A DNA stretch of 64,000 bases from Flavobacterium sp. (GTDB taxonomy: Bacteria; Bacteroidota; Bacteroidia; Flavobacteriales; Flavobacteriaceae). Position 1 is the first letter of the stretch. Each line of letters begins with the position of its first letter. The stretch spans positions 33,929-97,928 of the forward strand of contig JAYVIN010000020.1 of assembly GCA_043770135.1 (NCBI GenBank). Direction: 5' to 3'. Positions 9,680 to 18,793 of this stretch are shown piece after piece. The position numbers and the translations under genes were made by a program. The notes under the pieces were generated by a model. That model saw only the letters and a program-made list of their open reading frames with translations. It was not told the origin of the DNA and ran no database searches.

Positions 9680-10471
9680 ATGACATTCATTCCAGAAAAC
9701 TTTAGCAATTATACCCATACTTTTATTCAAGTATTGATTGATTATTCTCCAAAACTAATTTCAGCATTCCTGATTTTGTTTGTTGGACTTTACGCCATAA
9801 GAATAATTAATAGACTCCTGAGAAGAATCATGGTCAAACGAGAATTAGACCCTACATTAACTAAGTTTCTTGCCGATATTTTACTTTGGGCTTTACGAGT
9901 TTTGCTGTTTGTGACTTTCATCTCCAAGCTAGGAATAGAAACTTCCTCTTTCGTTGCAATTCTTGGTGCTATGGGACTTGCTGTGGGTTTGTCGCTTCAG
10001 GGTTCATTGTCTAATTTTGCAGGAGGAATGTTGATTATTATGTTCAAACCCTTCAAAGTAGGGGATGTAATCGAAGCGCAAGGAATAATAGGAACGGTAA
10101 GTGAAATCCAAATTTTTGTAACCAAAGTAATCAACGCCAACAATCAAACGATATTTGTGCCCAATGGCACTTTATCAAATGGTACCATTATTAATTACTC
10201 CGTTGGTGGAATACGAAGAATCGATTTGACTTTTTCTATTTCGTATGACACGGATATTAAAAAAGCCAAAGAAATTATTACCACAATTTTAAAAAATAAT
10301 CCCAAAGTGCTACAAACTCCCGAAGCTGAAGTTTCTGTAAAGAATTTAACCGATAGTGCAATACAGTTAGCCGTAAGGCCATGGGTGAAAAATGCCGATT
10401 TTGTATCTGTTAGCGCAGACACCTTAGAAAGTTGTTTTCTGGCTTTTAAAGCCGCTGGAATCAACTTTTAG
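9680..10471 (+). CDS. Small-conductance mechanosensitive channel (MscS family)
   Basis: Three N-terminal TM helices, pore-helix region GAMGLAVGLSLQGSLSNFAGGMLI and FKVGD beta-domain. Confidence 0.85.
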   Translation: MTFIPENFSNYTHTFIQVLIDYSPKLISAFLILFVGLYAIRIINRLLRRIMVKRELDPTLTKFLADILLWALRVLLFVTFISKLGIETSSFVAILGAMGLAVGLSLQGSLSNFAGGMLIIMFKPFKVGDVIEAQGIIGTVSEIQIFVTKVINANNQTIFVPNGTLSNGTIINYSVGGIRRIDLTFSISYDTDIKKAKEIITTILKNNPKVLQTPEAEVSVKNLTDSAIQLAVRPWVKNADFVSVSADTLESCFLAFKAAGINF

Positions 10472-10560
10472 TCTTAATTAAATAGGCTTCGAAATAAGAG
10501 TTGCGTTTATTGAATTATAAATAAAAATTTTATGTTCTAGAGTCACCCCTCGTGTCCGCC

Positions 10561-10599
10561 AAAAAAATAACCCGAAAATGGATTCCATTTTCGGGTTAT
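10561..10599 (-). terminator. Rho-independent terminator ending the dcw cluster (after ftsZ)
   Basis: Palindrome of about 14-16 bp ATAACCCGAAAATGGA / TCCATTTTCGGGTTAT at 10567-10599. On the minus strand it is followed by a T7 run (the A-run 10561-10567 on plus). It lies 21 nt past the ftsZ stop. Confidence 0.8.
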
Positions 10600-10619
10600 A
10601 AATAAGTTATCAGAATTCA

Positions 10620-12557
10620 TTAATCCACGTTGTCGTGTAAGTATGAATTATTAAATCGGATTTGTTCATCATTATTACTATCCACACCAACAGACAATCT
10701 TGAATTTGGATTATTTATTTGAGTACTAGAAATATCGATACCGTTCCTTTTATAAGCAGGTTCTTTTTCTAATTCATCAACTCTAGAAGCATTGTTATGA
10801 AATTTATAGTTAAATTCCTTGAGTTTCTTTCTTCTTTCGTCAGCTCTAAATTTTAGAGTTTCTTCGATTGTCATTTCTAGTGGTGAGATTGAATCAAAAC
10901 TGGAAGAATTTGAGTCAATGGGCTCCATTTTTTTCATGGTAATATTCAATTCCTCAGGAATAACTTCTGCTACGGCAGCTAGTATTGGTTTTGATATAGC
11001 AGGTGTATTTTCTTCTTCAGTAAATTCTTCAAGAGAATGTCTTATAATTCCTTTGTCTGTCAATTCAGTCACAGGAATAAATTGAACAGCTTCATTTACA
11101 TTGATCTCCCGAGTTTCATTTGTTAATTCAAACAGATTTTTATTTTCTGGAACTTTAACTGGCTCAGGAGTTTTAGTTGTATTGAAAAGAGGTAAATCAA
11201 AAGAAAAAGAAGCTTGTTCGTGTTTTTCAAAAACTTTAGGCTCCACCACTTTCATTTCTTTAATTTCAGTAGAAACTATATAATCTAAATCATTAATTGG
11301 AGACACTATTTCAAAAGTAACATCTAAATTTTTGATAAATTCAGACATTACAATTAACTCTTCCTTGTTTATTGATACTACTTCAGGAGTCGAAACTTCG
11401 TCTTCTATTAATTCAAAAACTACTTTTTCGGCTGTTGTAGTAGTCACTGGAGTTTCATTATTCCAATTGAATGCAGGAACTATTTTTTGGGTTAAGTCAT
11501 GCACACTTTTTTGTTCGTCTTCGAGGGTGTGAATTATCTTTTTAGGTTCTGTATTTACAATTTCATTTTGTTGTTCTACATCAAATCCTGTAGCAATAAT
11601 TGTTACCGAAATGGCATCACCAAGAGATTCATCTTCTCCAACTCCCATGATGATATTGGCATTATGACCTGCTTCGGATTGTATATAATCGTTAATTTCT
11701 CCTATTTCGTCAATCGTGATTTCGTCAGAGCCAGAAACGATGAGCAACAATACGTTTTTAGCACCTGTGATTTTGTTATCATTCAACAACGGAGAATCCA
11801 AAGCTGAAACTATGCCGTCTTTTGCTCTAGTCTCTCCAGAAGCAACCGACGAACCCATAATGGCAGTTCCGCTATTGGCTAATACTGTTTTGGCATCTTT
11901 TAAATCTATATTTTGAGTATAATGGTGTGTGATTACCTCGGCAATACCTCTTGAAGCGGTAGCTAAAACTTCGTCCGCTTTCGAGAAACCAGCTTTAAAC
12001 CCTAGATTACCGTAAACTTCTCTTAATTTATTGTTATTGATAACAATCAACGAATCGACTTGTTTGCGTAATTTATCAATTCCAATAAGGGCTTGTTCCT
12101 GACGTACTTTTCCTTCGAATAAAAAAGGTAATGTTACAATTCCTACCGTAAGAATATCTCTCTCTTTAGCCAATTGAGCAATAACTGGCGCGGCACCTGT
12201 ACCAGTTCCTCCACCCATACCTGCGGTGATAAATACCATTTTAGTGTTGCTATCCAACATTTTTTCGATATCGGCAATGCTTTCAATGGCAGACTGTTGT
12301 CCGACCTCTGGATTAGCACCTGCTCCAAGTCCTTCGGTTAGGTGAACGCCTAACTGGATTTTGTTGGGCACGGAACTGTTTTCTAATGCTTGTGAATCGG
12401 TGTTACAAACGATAAAATCTACCCCTTTTATCCCTTGTTTAAACATGTGGTTTATGGCATTGCTTCCGCCTCCACCTACACCAATAACTTTTATTACATT
12501 TGATTGGTTTTTTGGTAAATCAAACGAAATACTTCCAAATTCTGAGTTGCTCATCAT
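10620..12557 (-). CDS. ftsZ: Cell division protein FtsZ (long Bacteroidota-type C-terminal linker)
   Basis: GVGGGGSNA and GGGTGTGAAP tubulin signatures. A linker of about 300 aa ends in the conserved NNSYLHDNVD tail. Confidence 0.97.
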   Translation of the reverse strand: MMSNSEFGSISFDLPKNQSNVIKVIGVGGGGSNAINHMFKQGIKGVDFIVCNTDSQALENSSVPNKIQLGVHLTEGLGAGANPEVGQQSAIESIADIEKMLDSNTKMVFITAGMGGGTGTGAAPVIAQLAKERDILTVGIVTLPFLFEGKVRQEQALIGIDKLRKQVDSLIVINNNKLREVYGNLGFKAGFSKADEVLATASRGIAEVITHHYTQNIDLKDAKTVLANSGTAIMGSSVASGETRAKDGIVSALDSPLLNDNKITGAKNVLLLIVSGSDEITIDEIGEINDYIQSEAGHNANIIMGVGEDESLGDAISVTIIATGFDVEQQNEIVNTEPKKIIHTLEDEQKSVHDLTQKIVPAFNWNNETPVTTTTAEKVVFELIEDEVSTPEVVSINKEELIVMSEFIKNLDVTFEIVSPINDLDYIVSTEIKEMKVVEPKVFEKHEQASFSFDLPLFNTTKTPEPVKVPENKNLFELTNETREINVNEAVQFIPVTELTDKGIIRHSLEEFTEEENTPAISKPILAAVAEVIPEELNITMKKMEPIDSNSSSFDSISPLEMTIEETLKFRADERRKKLKEFNYKFHNNASRVDELEKEPAYKRNGIDISSTQINNPNSRLSVGVDSNNDEQIRFNNSYLHDNVD

Positions 12558-12606
12558 CTTATTGGGTTTTTATAATTAATTAATTGCTATTTTTTTTTAA
12601 TATTTT

Positions 12607-13986
12607 TTATTCTGCGTTATCCAGAAAATCTTTGATTTTATCTAAATAACCTCCAAAAAAAGAACTTCTAATTTTTGTTTCAGTGGAACTTTCTTTCTGT
12701 AAAACTGTTTCTTCTTCTATTTCGTTTATAGATTCTTCAACGATTGAATTTTGAAAGGCGGGTGGTTTAGCGATTGAATTTTGAAACTCAATTGTATCTG
12801 CTTTTACAGCGCTTTGCGTTCGGTTTTCGATGCTATTCATCACTAATCCAACGGCTGTAGCATACAATGGACTTGATATTTCTTCGTCTGAGTTTCCTGC
12901 TAAATGTTCGTTAGGGTAGCCAATTCGAGTGTCCATACCTGTGATATACTCTACTAATTGTTTGATGTGATTCAATTGGGCACCACCACCTGTAAGAACA
13001 ATTCCTGCTATTAATTTTTTGCGTGGATCTTCGTGTCCATAATCCTTAATTTCAGTAAATACTTGCTCAATAATTTCAACTACTCGAGCATGAATTATCT
13101 TAGACAAGTTTTTCAACGAAATTTCTTTTGGTTCTCTTCCTCTTAAACCTGGGATAGAAACAATTTCGTTGTCTTTATTTTCTCCTGGCCAAGCTGATCC
13201 AAATTTAACTTTCAATAACTCAGCTTGTTTTTCTATTATAGAACAACCTTCTTTGATGTCGTCTGTAATTACGTTTCCTCCAAAAGGAATTACCGCAGTA
13301 TGACGAATAATACCATCTTTGAAAATAGCCAAATCAGTAGTTCCGCCTCCAATATCTATCAGTGCAACACCTGCTTCTTTTTCTTCTTGACTCAATACGG
13401 AATCAGCAGAGGCTAAGGGTTCTAAGGTTAATCCCGAAAGTTCGATGCCTGTGCTTTGAACGCATCTTCCTAAATTTCTTATCGAAGCGGCCTGACCGAC
13501 CACCACATGAAAACTAGATTCTAACCTTCCTCCGTACATCCCGATGGGTTCCTTGATTTCAGTTTGTCCATCAATTTTGAATTCCTGTGGCAATACATGG
13601 ATTATTTCTTCTCCAGGCAACATGGCCAATTTATTGACTTGGTCTATCAAAAGCTGTATGTCATTTCCTCCTATAACTTCTTCGGCATTCGCTCTAATGA
13701 TGTAATCGCTATGTTGAATACTACGAATGTGTTGACCCGCAATGCCCACTACTACATTTTTAATTTTGTACCCTGATTTGGTTTCTGCTTCCAATACTGC
13801 TTGTTGGATGGATTGTATGGTTTGAGTAATGTTGTTTACAACACCTCTTGCTACGCCTAGACTTTTAGATTTTCCAACACCTAAAATTTCTAGTTTTCCA
13901 TATTCATTTTTCTTGCCTATCATAGCAACAATCTTCGTTGTTCCTATGTCTAATCCTACTGCAATATTTTCTTTTTCCATTATCAA
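12607..13986 (-). CDS. ftsA: Cell division protein FtsA
   Basis: Actin-fold motifs GLDIGTTK, DIGGGTTD and LTGGGAQL, plus a C-terminal amphipathic helix FFGGYLDKIKDFL. The start abuts the ftsQ stop. Confidence 0.95.
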   Translation of the reverse strand: MIMEKENIAVGLDIGTTKIVAMIGKKNEYGKLEILGVGKSKSLGVARGVVNNITQTIQSIQQAVLEAETKSGYKIKNVVVGIAGQHIRSIQHSDYIIRANAEEVIGGNDIQLLIDQVNKLAMLPGEEIIHVLPQEFKIDGQTEIKEPIGMYGGRLESSFHVVVGQAASIRNLGRCVQSTGIELSGLTLEPLASADSVLSQEEKEAGVALIDIGGGTTDLAIFKDGIIRHTAVIPFGGNVITDDIKEGCSIIEKQAELLKVKFGSAWPGENKDNEIVSIPGLRGREPKEISLKNLSKIIHARVVEIIEQVFTEIKDYGHEDPRKKLIAGIVLTGGGAQLNHIKQLVEYITGMDTRIGYPNEHLAGNSDEEISSPLYATAVGLVMNSIENRTQSAVKADTIEFQNSIAKPPAFQNSIVEESINEIEEETVLQKESSTETKIRSSFFGGYLDKIKDFLDNAE

Positions 13987-14709
13987 TTATTTAGTACACA
14001 CTACTTGTTGAGTAAATCGGAGGTCTATTGTTTTATATTTATTTAACGAACTATCTAAAACCGCTTTTTGAAAAACTGCTTTATAATTATTGAATTTTGA
14101 TTTGATTTTAATTGGTCTTCCGAAATCAATTTGATAATTATAATTTCTGTTAAACAGTAATAAGCTTCCGTTAGGCATAATTTGAACACCAATGATGTTT
14201 TTTTTCAAAAACACATCGTCGTGGATTACGCGAAATAATTCGGCTAAATCTTTGTTGTTTTTTTTATTTATATTCCCTGAAACAAGCGGAACTCTAGCTG
14301 TAAAATTAGTTGACAATGGCATGGTATTTCCCTTATAATCAATATAAAAAGAATCATCGCCATCAAAAACTCTAGCTACAGGAGTTTTTTGTTTCACTAC
14401 TGCTTTTAGAACCCCATCAATACTTACAAACACATCCGATTTTTCAATCATTTCTTGTGTGTTCAAAGCCTTTTCTAACTTATTCAAATCTAATTTATCT
14501 TTATCGATACTTTGCGCATCCTTTTTATTTTCTATTAACAATTTATTAACCGTTTCCTGATCAACAAAAGGAGCGCTGTTTCCTACAAAAACTACTATTG
14601 CTTTCTTGAGTTTTCTATTGTTATTTCGATTTGAAGTAAACGAAAACAAGAAAACTACAAGAGCAAACATGAGTATTAACTTTATATTGGTCCAATTAAA
14701 GAGTTTCAT
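13987..14709 (-). CDS. ftsQ: Cell division protein FtsQ-like
   Basis: 240 aa with a single N-terminal TM helix then a POTRA-like domain. Located between murC and ftsA and overlaps the murC end by 14 nt. Confidence 0.75.
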   Translation of the reverse strand: MKLFNWTNIKLILMFALVVFLFSFTSNRNNNRKLKKAIVVFVGNSAPFVDQETVNKLLIENKKDAQSIDKDKLDLNKLEKALNTQEMIEKSDVFVSIDGVLKAVVKQKTPVARVFDGDDSFYIDYKGNTMPLSTNFTARVPLVSGNINKKNNKDLAELFRVIHDDVFLKKNIIGVQIMPNGSLLLFNRNYNYQIDFGRPIKIKSKFNNYKAVFQKAVLDSSLNKYKTIDLRFTQQVVCTK

Positions 14710-16045
14710 CCAAGGCTTTTTTAATTAAGGGTACTAATTCTCCAATATCTCCAGCTCCAATGGTAATAATGACTGTTGCTTCACTTTTTAGAATAGATGA
14801 AATTAACATTTCTTTTGGAAGTAATTTTTTATTACCATTCTTTACTTTATTTAATAACCATTGAGAGTTAACTCCTTCCATGGGCAATTCGCGAGCAGGA
14901 TAAATATCTAATAATATTAGTTCGTCAAAAAGAGCAAGACTTTTGGCAAAATCATCTGCAAAATCTTTGGTTCGGCTAAACAAATGTGGCTGAAAAATTG
15001 CTAGTACTTTTTTATCAGGATATAATTCTTTAACCGCTTGATGAACCGCATTAATTTCAGTTGGATGATGCGCATAATCATCGATGTAAACTAGCTTTTC
15101 GGTTTTAATTTGGTATGAAAATCTACGTTTTATCCCTTTAAATGAATACAAGGCACTGGCAATGTCTTCGTTTGGGAGACCGAAAGTTTTAGCCATTGCC
15201 AATGCCATTAAAGCATTCATCAAATTATGTTTACCGGGTAAACTAAATTTTATATTTGTAATAGTTTCAGAGGGTGTTTTTACATCAAAAACATATTCAC
15301 TACCTATAATTTTAATATTACACGCATTGAAAATTGCAGTATCATTTACTGCACAACTAACTCCCTGAAGGGGTAATTCTTTAGTTATAAAAAGTTGACT
15401 TTTGTCGGTTACTTTATTGGCAAATTCAACAAAAGACGCCTCGATAGAAGCACTGTCTCCGTAAATATCCAAATGGTCTGCATCCATTGAAGTAACACAG
15501 GCAATATTGGGATGCAAATGCAAGAAAGATCGATCAAACTCATCCGCTTCGACCACCGTTACTGTTTTTCCGTTTCCTATCAAATTGGAATTGTAATTCT
15601 CTACTATTCCGCCAACAAATGCAGTAACATCTACGCCACATTGGTATAATATATGACCTAAAATACCCGATGTAGTTGTTTTGCCATGGGTACCGGCTAC
15701 GGCAAAACAAAAAGTATCTTTTGTGATTATACCTAAAACTTCGGCTCTCTTTTTTACTTCATAATTATTTTCTAAAAAATAATTCCATTGTAGATGCTGT
15801 TTTGGAACTGCTGGAGTAATGATTACTAGAGTATCTTTGGGCAAATAACTTAACGGAATTAAATTAATTCTATCGTCAAAATGGATAGCAATTCCAAGTT
15901 CTTGTAATTCTTTGGTTAATTCGGTTGCTGTTTTGTCATAACCAGACACATTTTTACCAATAGACTTAAAATAGCGAGCTAGAGCACTCATTCCAATTCC
16001 TCCGATACCTATAAAATAGACGTTATGTATTTGAGATAGATTCAT
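14696..16045 (-). CDS. murC: UDP-N-acetylmuramate--L-alanine ligase
   Basis: GIGGIGMSALA Rossmann N-terminus and GTHGKTTT P-loop, with the Mur ligase middle and C domains. Confidence 0.95.
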   Translation of the reverse strand: MNLSQIHNVYFIGIGGIGMSALARYFKSIGKNVSGYDKTATELTKELQELGIAIHFDDRINLIPLSYLPKDTLVIITPAVPKQHLQWNYFLENNYEVKKRAEVLGIITKDTFCFAVAGTHGKTTTSGILGHILYQCGVDVTAFVGGIVENYNSNLIGNGKTVTVVEADEFDRSFLHLHPNIACVTSMDADHLDIYGDSASIEASFVEFANKVTDKSQLFITKELPLQGVSCAVNDTAIFNACNIKIIGSEYVFDVKTPSETITNIKFSLPGKHNLMNALMALAMAKTFGLPNEDIASALYSFKGIKRRFSYQIKTEKLVYIDDYAHHPTEINAVHQAVKELYPDKKVLAIFQPHLFSRTKDFADDFAKSLALFDELILLDIYPARELPMEGVNSQWLLNKVKNGNKKLLPKEMLISSILKSEATVIITIGAGDIGELVPLIKKALDETL

Positions 16046-16053
16046 TTTTATTT

Positions 16054-16090
16054 CCTCACCCCCAACCCCTCTCCTAAGGAGAGGGGAGCC
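16054..16090 (-). repeat. GC-rich hairpin plus G-tract mini-element, copy a (murG-murC spacer)
   Basis: The plus strand reads CCTCACCCCCAACCC-CTCTCC-TAA-GGAGAG-GGGAGCC. A 9-10 bp GC hairpin at 16066-16086 adjoins a C-tract. Strongly GC-rich against an AT-rich background. Confidence 0.8.
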
Positions 16091-16137
16091 GAAACTGGAA
16101 AAGGGTATTTTTAAATTAGTACTATTTATTTTTACTG

Positions 16138-16169
16138 CTTTACAATCCCGAAATTTCGGGATTGTAAAG
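16138..16169. repeat. Perfect 32-bp palindrome in the murG-murC spacer
   Basis: CTTTACAATCCCGAAA|TTTCGGGATTGTAAAG with 16+16 nt and no mismatch. It starts 4 nt after the murG stop. Confidence 0.9.
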
Positions 16170-16172
16170 GGT

Positions 16173-17351
16173 TTATATCAATTTCACGATTTCGTCAACA
16201 ATTTTTTTTGTAGCGTTTGGCAAAGCCAATTGCTTTATATTTTCACTTAGTTGATTTTGTTTGCCTTGATCTTTGAGCAAGGCTTCAAAAACTAGACTGA
16301 ATTGGGAGTCTAATTCAGATTCTTTTAGCATTAATGCTCCTTTTTTATCTACTATTGATTTTGCATTTTTAGTTTGATGATCTTCGGCAACATTAGGTGA
16401 TGGAATAAAAATAACAGGTTTACCCACGATACATAATTCTGAAACGGAGGAAGCTCCAGCTCTCGAAATCACAATATCAGCCGCGGCATATACCAAATCC
16501 ATTCTATCAATAAATGCCAAGACTTGGACATTTTTAATTCTATTTCCGTTGCTAGTTCCCCCTTCGGGGGCTAGGGGGCTATTATATTTCTTGTAATCTT
16601 CAAAATATAATTTTCCGCATTGCCAGATAATCTGTATACCTAAAGAAACCATATTTTCCAATTCTTTTTCTATAAGTTGATTTACTCTTCTGGCGCCAAG
16701 ACTTCCACCAAGAACCAATACTGTTTTTTTATTGGCGTCTAAATTAAAGTAGCGAATTGCTTCTGCTCTTTTGCCATCAATATCAATCAAATCTTGACGT
16801 ACAGGATTGCCTGTCAAAATCATTTTCTCTTTCGGAAAGAATCGTTCCAAATTTTCGTAGGCTACACAAATGGTGTTTGCTTTTTTACTTAATAATTTAT
16901 TAGTTATTCCAGGGAAGGAGTTTTGTTCCTGAATTACCGTTGGGATACTTAGCATATTTGCCATTTGTAACAAAGGTCCAGAGGCAAAACCTCCAGTTCC
17001 AATGACTACATCTGGCTTAAACTGTTTGATAATTTTTCTGGATTTCCATAAACTGCAGATTAATTTTATTGGAAACAATGCGTTTTGTAAAGTCAATTTA
17101 CGTTGCAAACCCGCAATCCACAACCCTTTTATTTCATATCCTGCTTGCGGTACTTTTTGCATTTCCATTTTGTCTTTGGCACCTACAAAAAGAAATTTTG
17201 CATCAGGAAAACGAGACTTTAATTCATTGGCAATAGCAACTGCGGGATAAATATGTCCTCCAGTTCCGCCACCACTTAATATGAAAGCCCAACCCTGACC
17301 CTTCCCAAACGGAAGGGAGCTAGGATTGTTTATTTGTTTTGTTTTATCCAT
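16173..17351 (-). CDS. murG: Undecaprenyldiphospho-muramoylpentapeptide beta-N-acetylglucosaminyltransferase
   Basis: [14 protein letters not shown] Gly-loop, GT28 N and C domains, and DHQTKNA near the C-terminus. It carries two GC-rich in-frame segments (see repeats at 16551 and 17287). Confidence 0.93.
   Translation of the reverse strand: MDKTKQINNPSSLPFGKGQGWAFILSGGGTGGHIYPAVAIANELKSRFPDAKFLFVGAKDKMEMQKVPQAGYEIKGLWIAGLQRKLTLQNALFPIKLICSLWKSRKIIKQFKPDVVIGTGGFASGPLLQMANMLSIPTVIQEQNSFPGITNKLLSKKANTICVAYENLERFFPKEKMILTGNPVRQDLIDIDGKRAEAIRYFNLDANKKTVLVLGGSLGARRVNQLIEKELENMVSLGIQIIWQCGKLYFEDYKKYNSPLAPEGGTSNGNRIKNVQVLAFIDRMDLVYAAADIVISRAGASSVSELCIVGKPVIFIPSPNVAEDHQTKNAKSIVDKKGALMLKESELDSQFSLVFEALLKDQGKQNQLSENIKQLALPNATKKIVDEIVKLI
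16551..16580 (+). repeat. GC-rich mini-element, copy b, in frame inside murG
   Basis: GCTAGTT-CCCCC-TTC-GGGGG-CTAGGGGGCT. It is translated on the minus strand as PLAPEGGTS within [23 protein letters not shown]. Confidence 0.75.
17287..17323 (-). repeat. GC-rich mini-element, copy c, encoding the murG N-terminal extension
   Basis: GCCCAACCCTGA-CCCTTCC-CAAAC-GGAAGGG-AGCTAG with the hairpin at 17299-17317. It encodes [12 protein letters not shown] immediately before the ILSGGGTGG motif. Confidence 0.75.
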
Positions 17352-17373
17352 TTCTAATTTATTTTCATTTTTT

Positions 17374-18729
17374 TTAATTAGAAATTTTCATTCCTTTAAT
17401 AGCTGTCATCGGATTATCCGCTTTGTCTTCGATGGAGTAATTTTTATTGTTTTCTTCTATTTTTTCTTGAAAAGCCTTCCCTTCGGGAGGGTTGGGTTGG
17501 CTATCTTCCTCTTCCAACTGTTTATCAATTAGTTTTTGGAGCGCCGAATCTCTTCGAGCCTTATCCTTAACTTCCTCGGCTATTTCTTCTTCTTTTTTGG
17601 TCACATTTATAATAATTCCCAAGGCAATACAAGTCATCCATATCGAACTTCCACCACTACTTATAAGTGGAAGTGTTTGCCCAGTTACAGGCAACAATTC
17701 TACTGCCACCGCCATATTGACCATAGCTTGAAATATCATCGGAAATCCTAGTCCCACAATTAATAATTTTCCAAATAGAGTAGTGGCTTTATGTGCAGCT
17801 ACTATAAATCTGAAAAACAATAATAGATATAGAAATAACACGCCAAAACCACCAATTAGCCCCCATTCTTCAACAATAATAGCGTAGATAAAATCGGAGG
17901 AAGATTGTGGCAAAAAGTTTTTTTGAATGCTCTTTCCAGGACCTAATCCATATATTCCGCCAGAAGCAATGGCAATTTTTGCTTTTTCGATTTGGTAATC
18001 GTCCTCACCAGGTTTGTTAGTTGTAAAATTCTCAACTCTACTAGACCAAGTGTCAACTCTACTAAAAAAATGAGAATCAGGAAAAGCTTTAGCCAATAAC
18101 ACAAATAAAACTAATGCAGCTATTCCCGAACCTACAATAAAACCAATGTATTTCAATGGATAATTACCCACGAATGTCAACATTAAAACCATCGAAAATA
18201 TTAAGGCTGCGGTAGAAAAATTGGCGGGTAAAATAAATAGTAATGTGCCAAAAACGGGTGCCCAAAGTTGCAAAAGAGATTCTTGAAAAGTATGCTCAAT
18301 TTCTCTTTTTTTGGACAAGTACCGTGCCACATAAAGCATTAAAACTATTGATGCCAATGTCGAAGTTTGAAATGTAATTCCAATAAAAGGGACCTGAATC
18401 CATCTGCTTGCATTTGCTCCCGCAATGACTGTTCCTTTTACCAAAGTATATCCTAATAATATCCAAACTATCGGCAATGCTATTTTAGAAATTCCTTTAT
18501 AATAATGATAAGGTACTTTGTGAACCCAATAAATAATAACAAATCCAATAAAAACATGAGCTAAATGCTTTAGTAAATATCCAATTGTATTCCCAGTTCC
18601 GTGATTGGAATAGGCTAAATTACTACTTGCACTAAAAACAGGCATAAACGAAAACAAGGCTAATAAAGCCACGAATGACCATATTACTTTATCCCCTTTT
18701 AGACTGTTTATTAGTTCTTTCATTTTCAA
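17374..18729 (-). CDS. ftsW: Peptidoglycan glycosyltransferase FtsW (SEDS family)
   Basis: About 10 TM segments and the [10 protein letters not shown] motif. Located between murD and murG. A charged C-terminal tail of about 70 aa contains GC-rich element copy d. Confidence 0.9.
   Translation of the reverse strand: MKMKELINSLKGDKVIWSFVALLALFSFMPVFSASSNLAYSNHGTGNTIGYLLKHLAHVFIGFVIIYWVHKVPYHYYKGISKIALPIVWILLGYTLVKGTVIAGANASRWIQVPFIGITFQTSTLASIVLMLYVARYLSKKREIEHTFQESLLQLWAPVFGTLLFILPANFSTAALIFSMVLMLTFVGNYPLKYIGFIVGSGIAALVLFVLLAKAFPDSHFFSRVDTWSSRVENFTTNKPGEDDYQIEKAKIAIASGGIYGLGPGKSIQKNFLPQSSSDFIYAIIVEEWGLIGGFGVLFLYLLLFFRFIVAAHKATTLFGKLLIVGLGFPMIFQAMVNMAVAVELLPVTGQTLPLISSGGSSIWMTCIALGIIINVTKKEEEIAEEVKDKARRDSALQKLIDKQLEEEDSQPNPPEGKAFQEKIEENNKNYSIEDKADNPMTAIKGMKISN
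17474..17501 (+). repeat. GC-rich mini-element, copy d, in frame in the ftsW C-terminal tail
   Basis: GCCTTCCC-TTC-GGGAGG-GTTGGGTTGGC. It is translated on the minus strand as [12 protein letters not shown] and is inverted relative to copy c, 150 bp away. Confidence 0.7.
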
Positions 18730-18751
18730 AATTTTGTTTAAAGTTTTTATT

Positions 18752-18789
18752 GTTTAAAGTTTAAAGTTGCTCAACCTTAAACCTTAAAC
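18752..18789 (-). other. Intercistronic 18-bp stem-loop between murD and ftsW
   Basis: Arms are 18752-18769 and 18772-18789. On the plus strand two positions are A.C mismatches. On the minus (mRNA-sense) strand they become G.U pairs, giving an uninterrupted 18-bp stem. Confidence 0.7.
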
Positions 18790-18793
18790 TTTT

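Noticed and set aside
10541-10560. GC-rich stretch GAGTCACCCCTCGTGTCCGCC just before the ftsZ terminator
   Set aside because: It has a C-tract reminiscent of the mini-element family but no hairpin partner. It is too short and degenerate to call and is at most a decayed remnant.
10620-11600. Unusually long, low-conservation C-terminal half of FtsZ (645 aa in total)
   Set aside because: A long disordered linker ending in a conserved C-terminal peptide is the normal Bacteroidota FtsZ architecture. It is not evidence of a fusion or misassembly.
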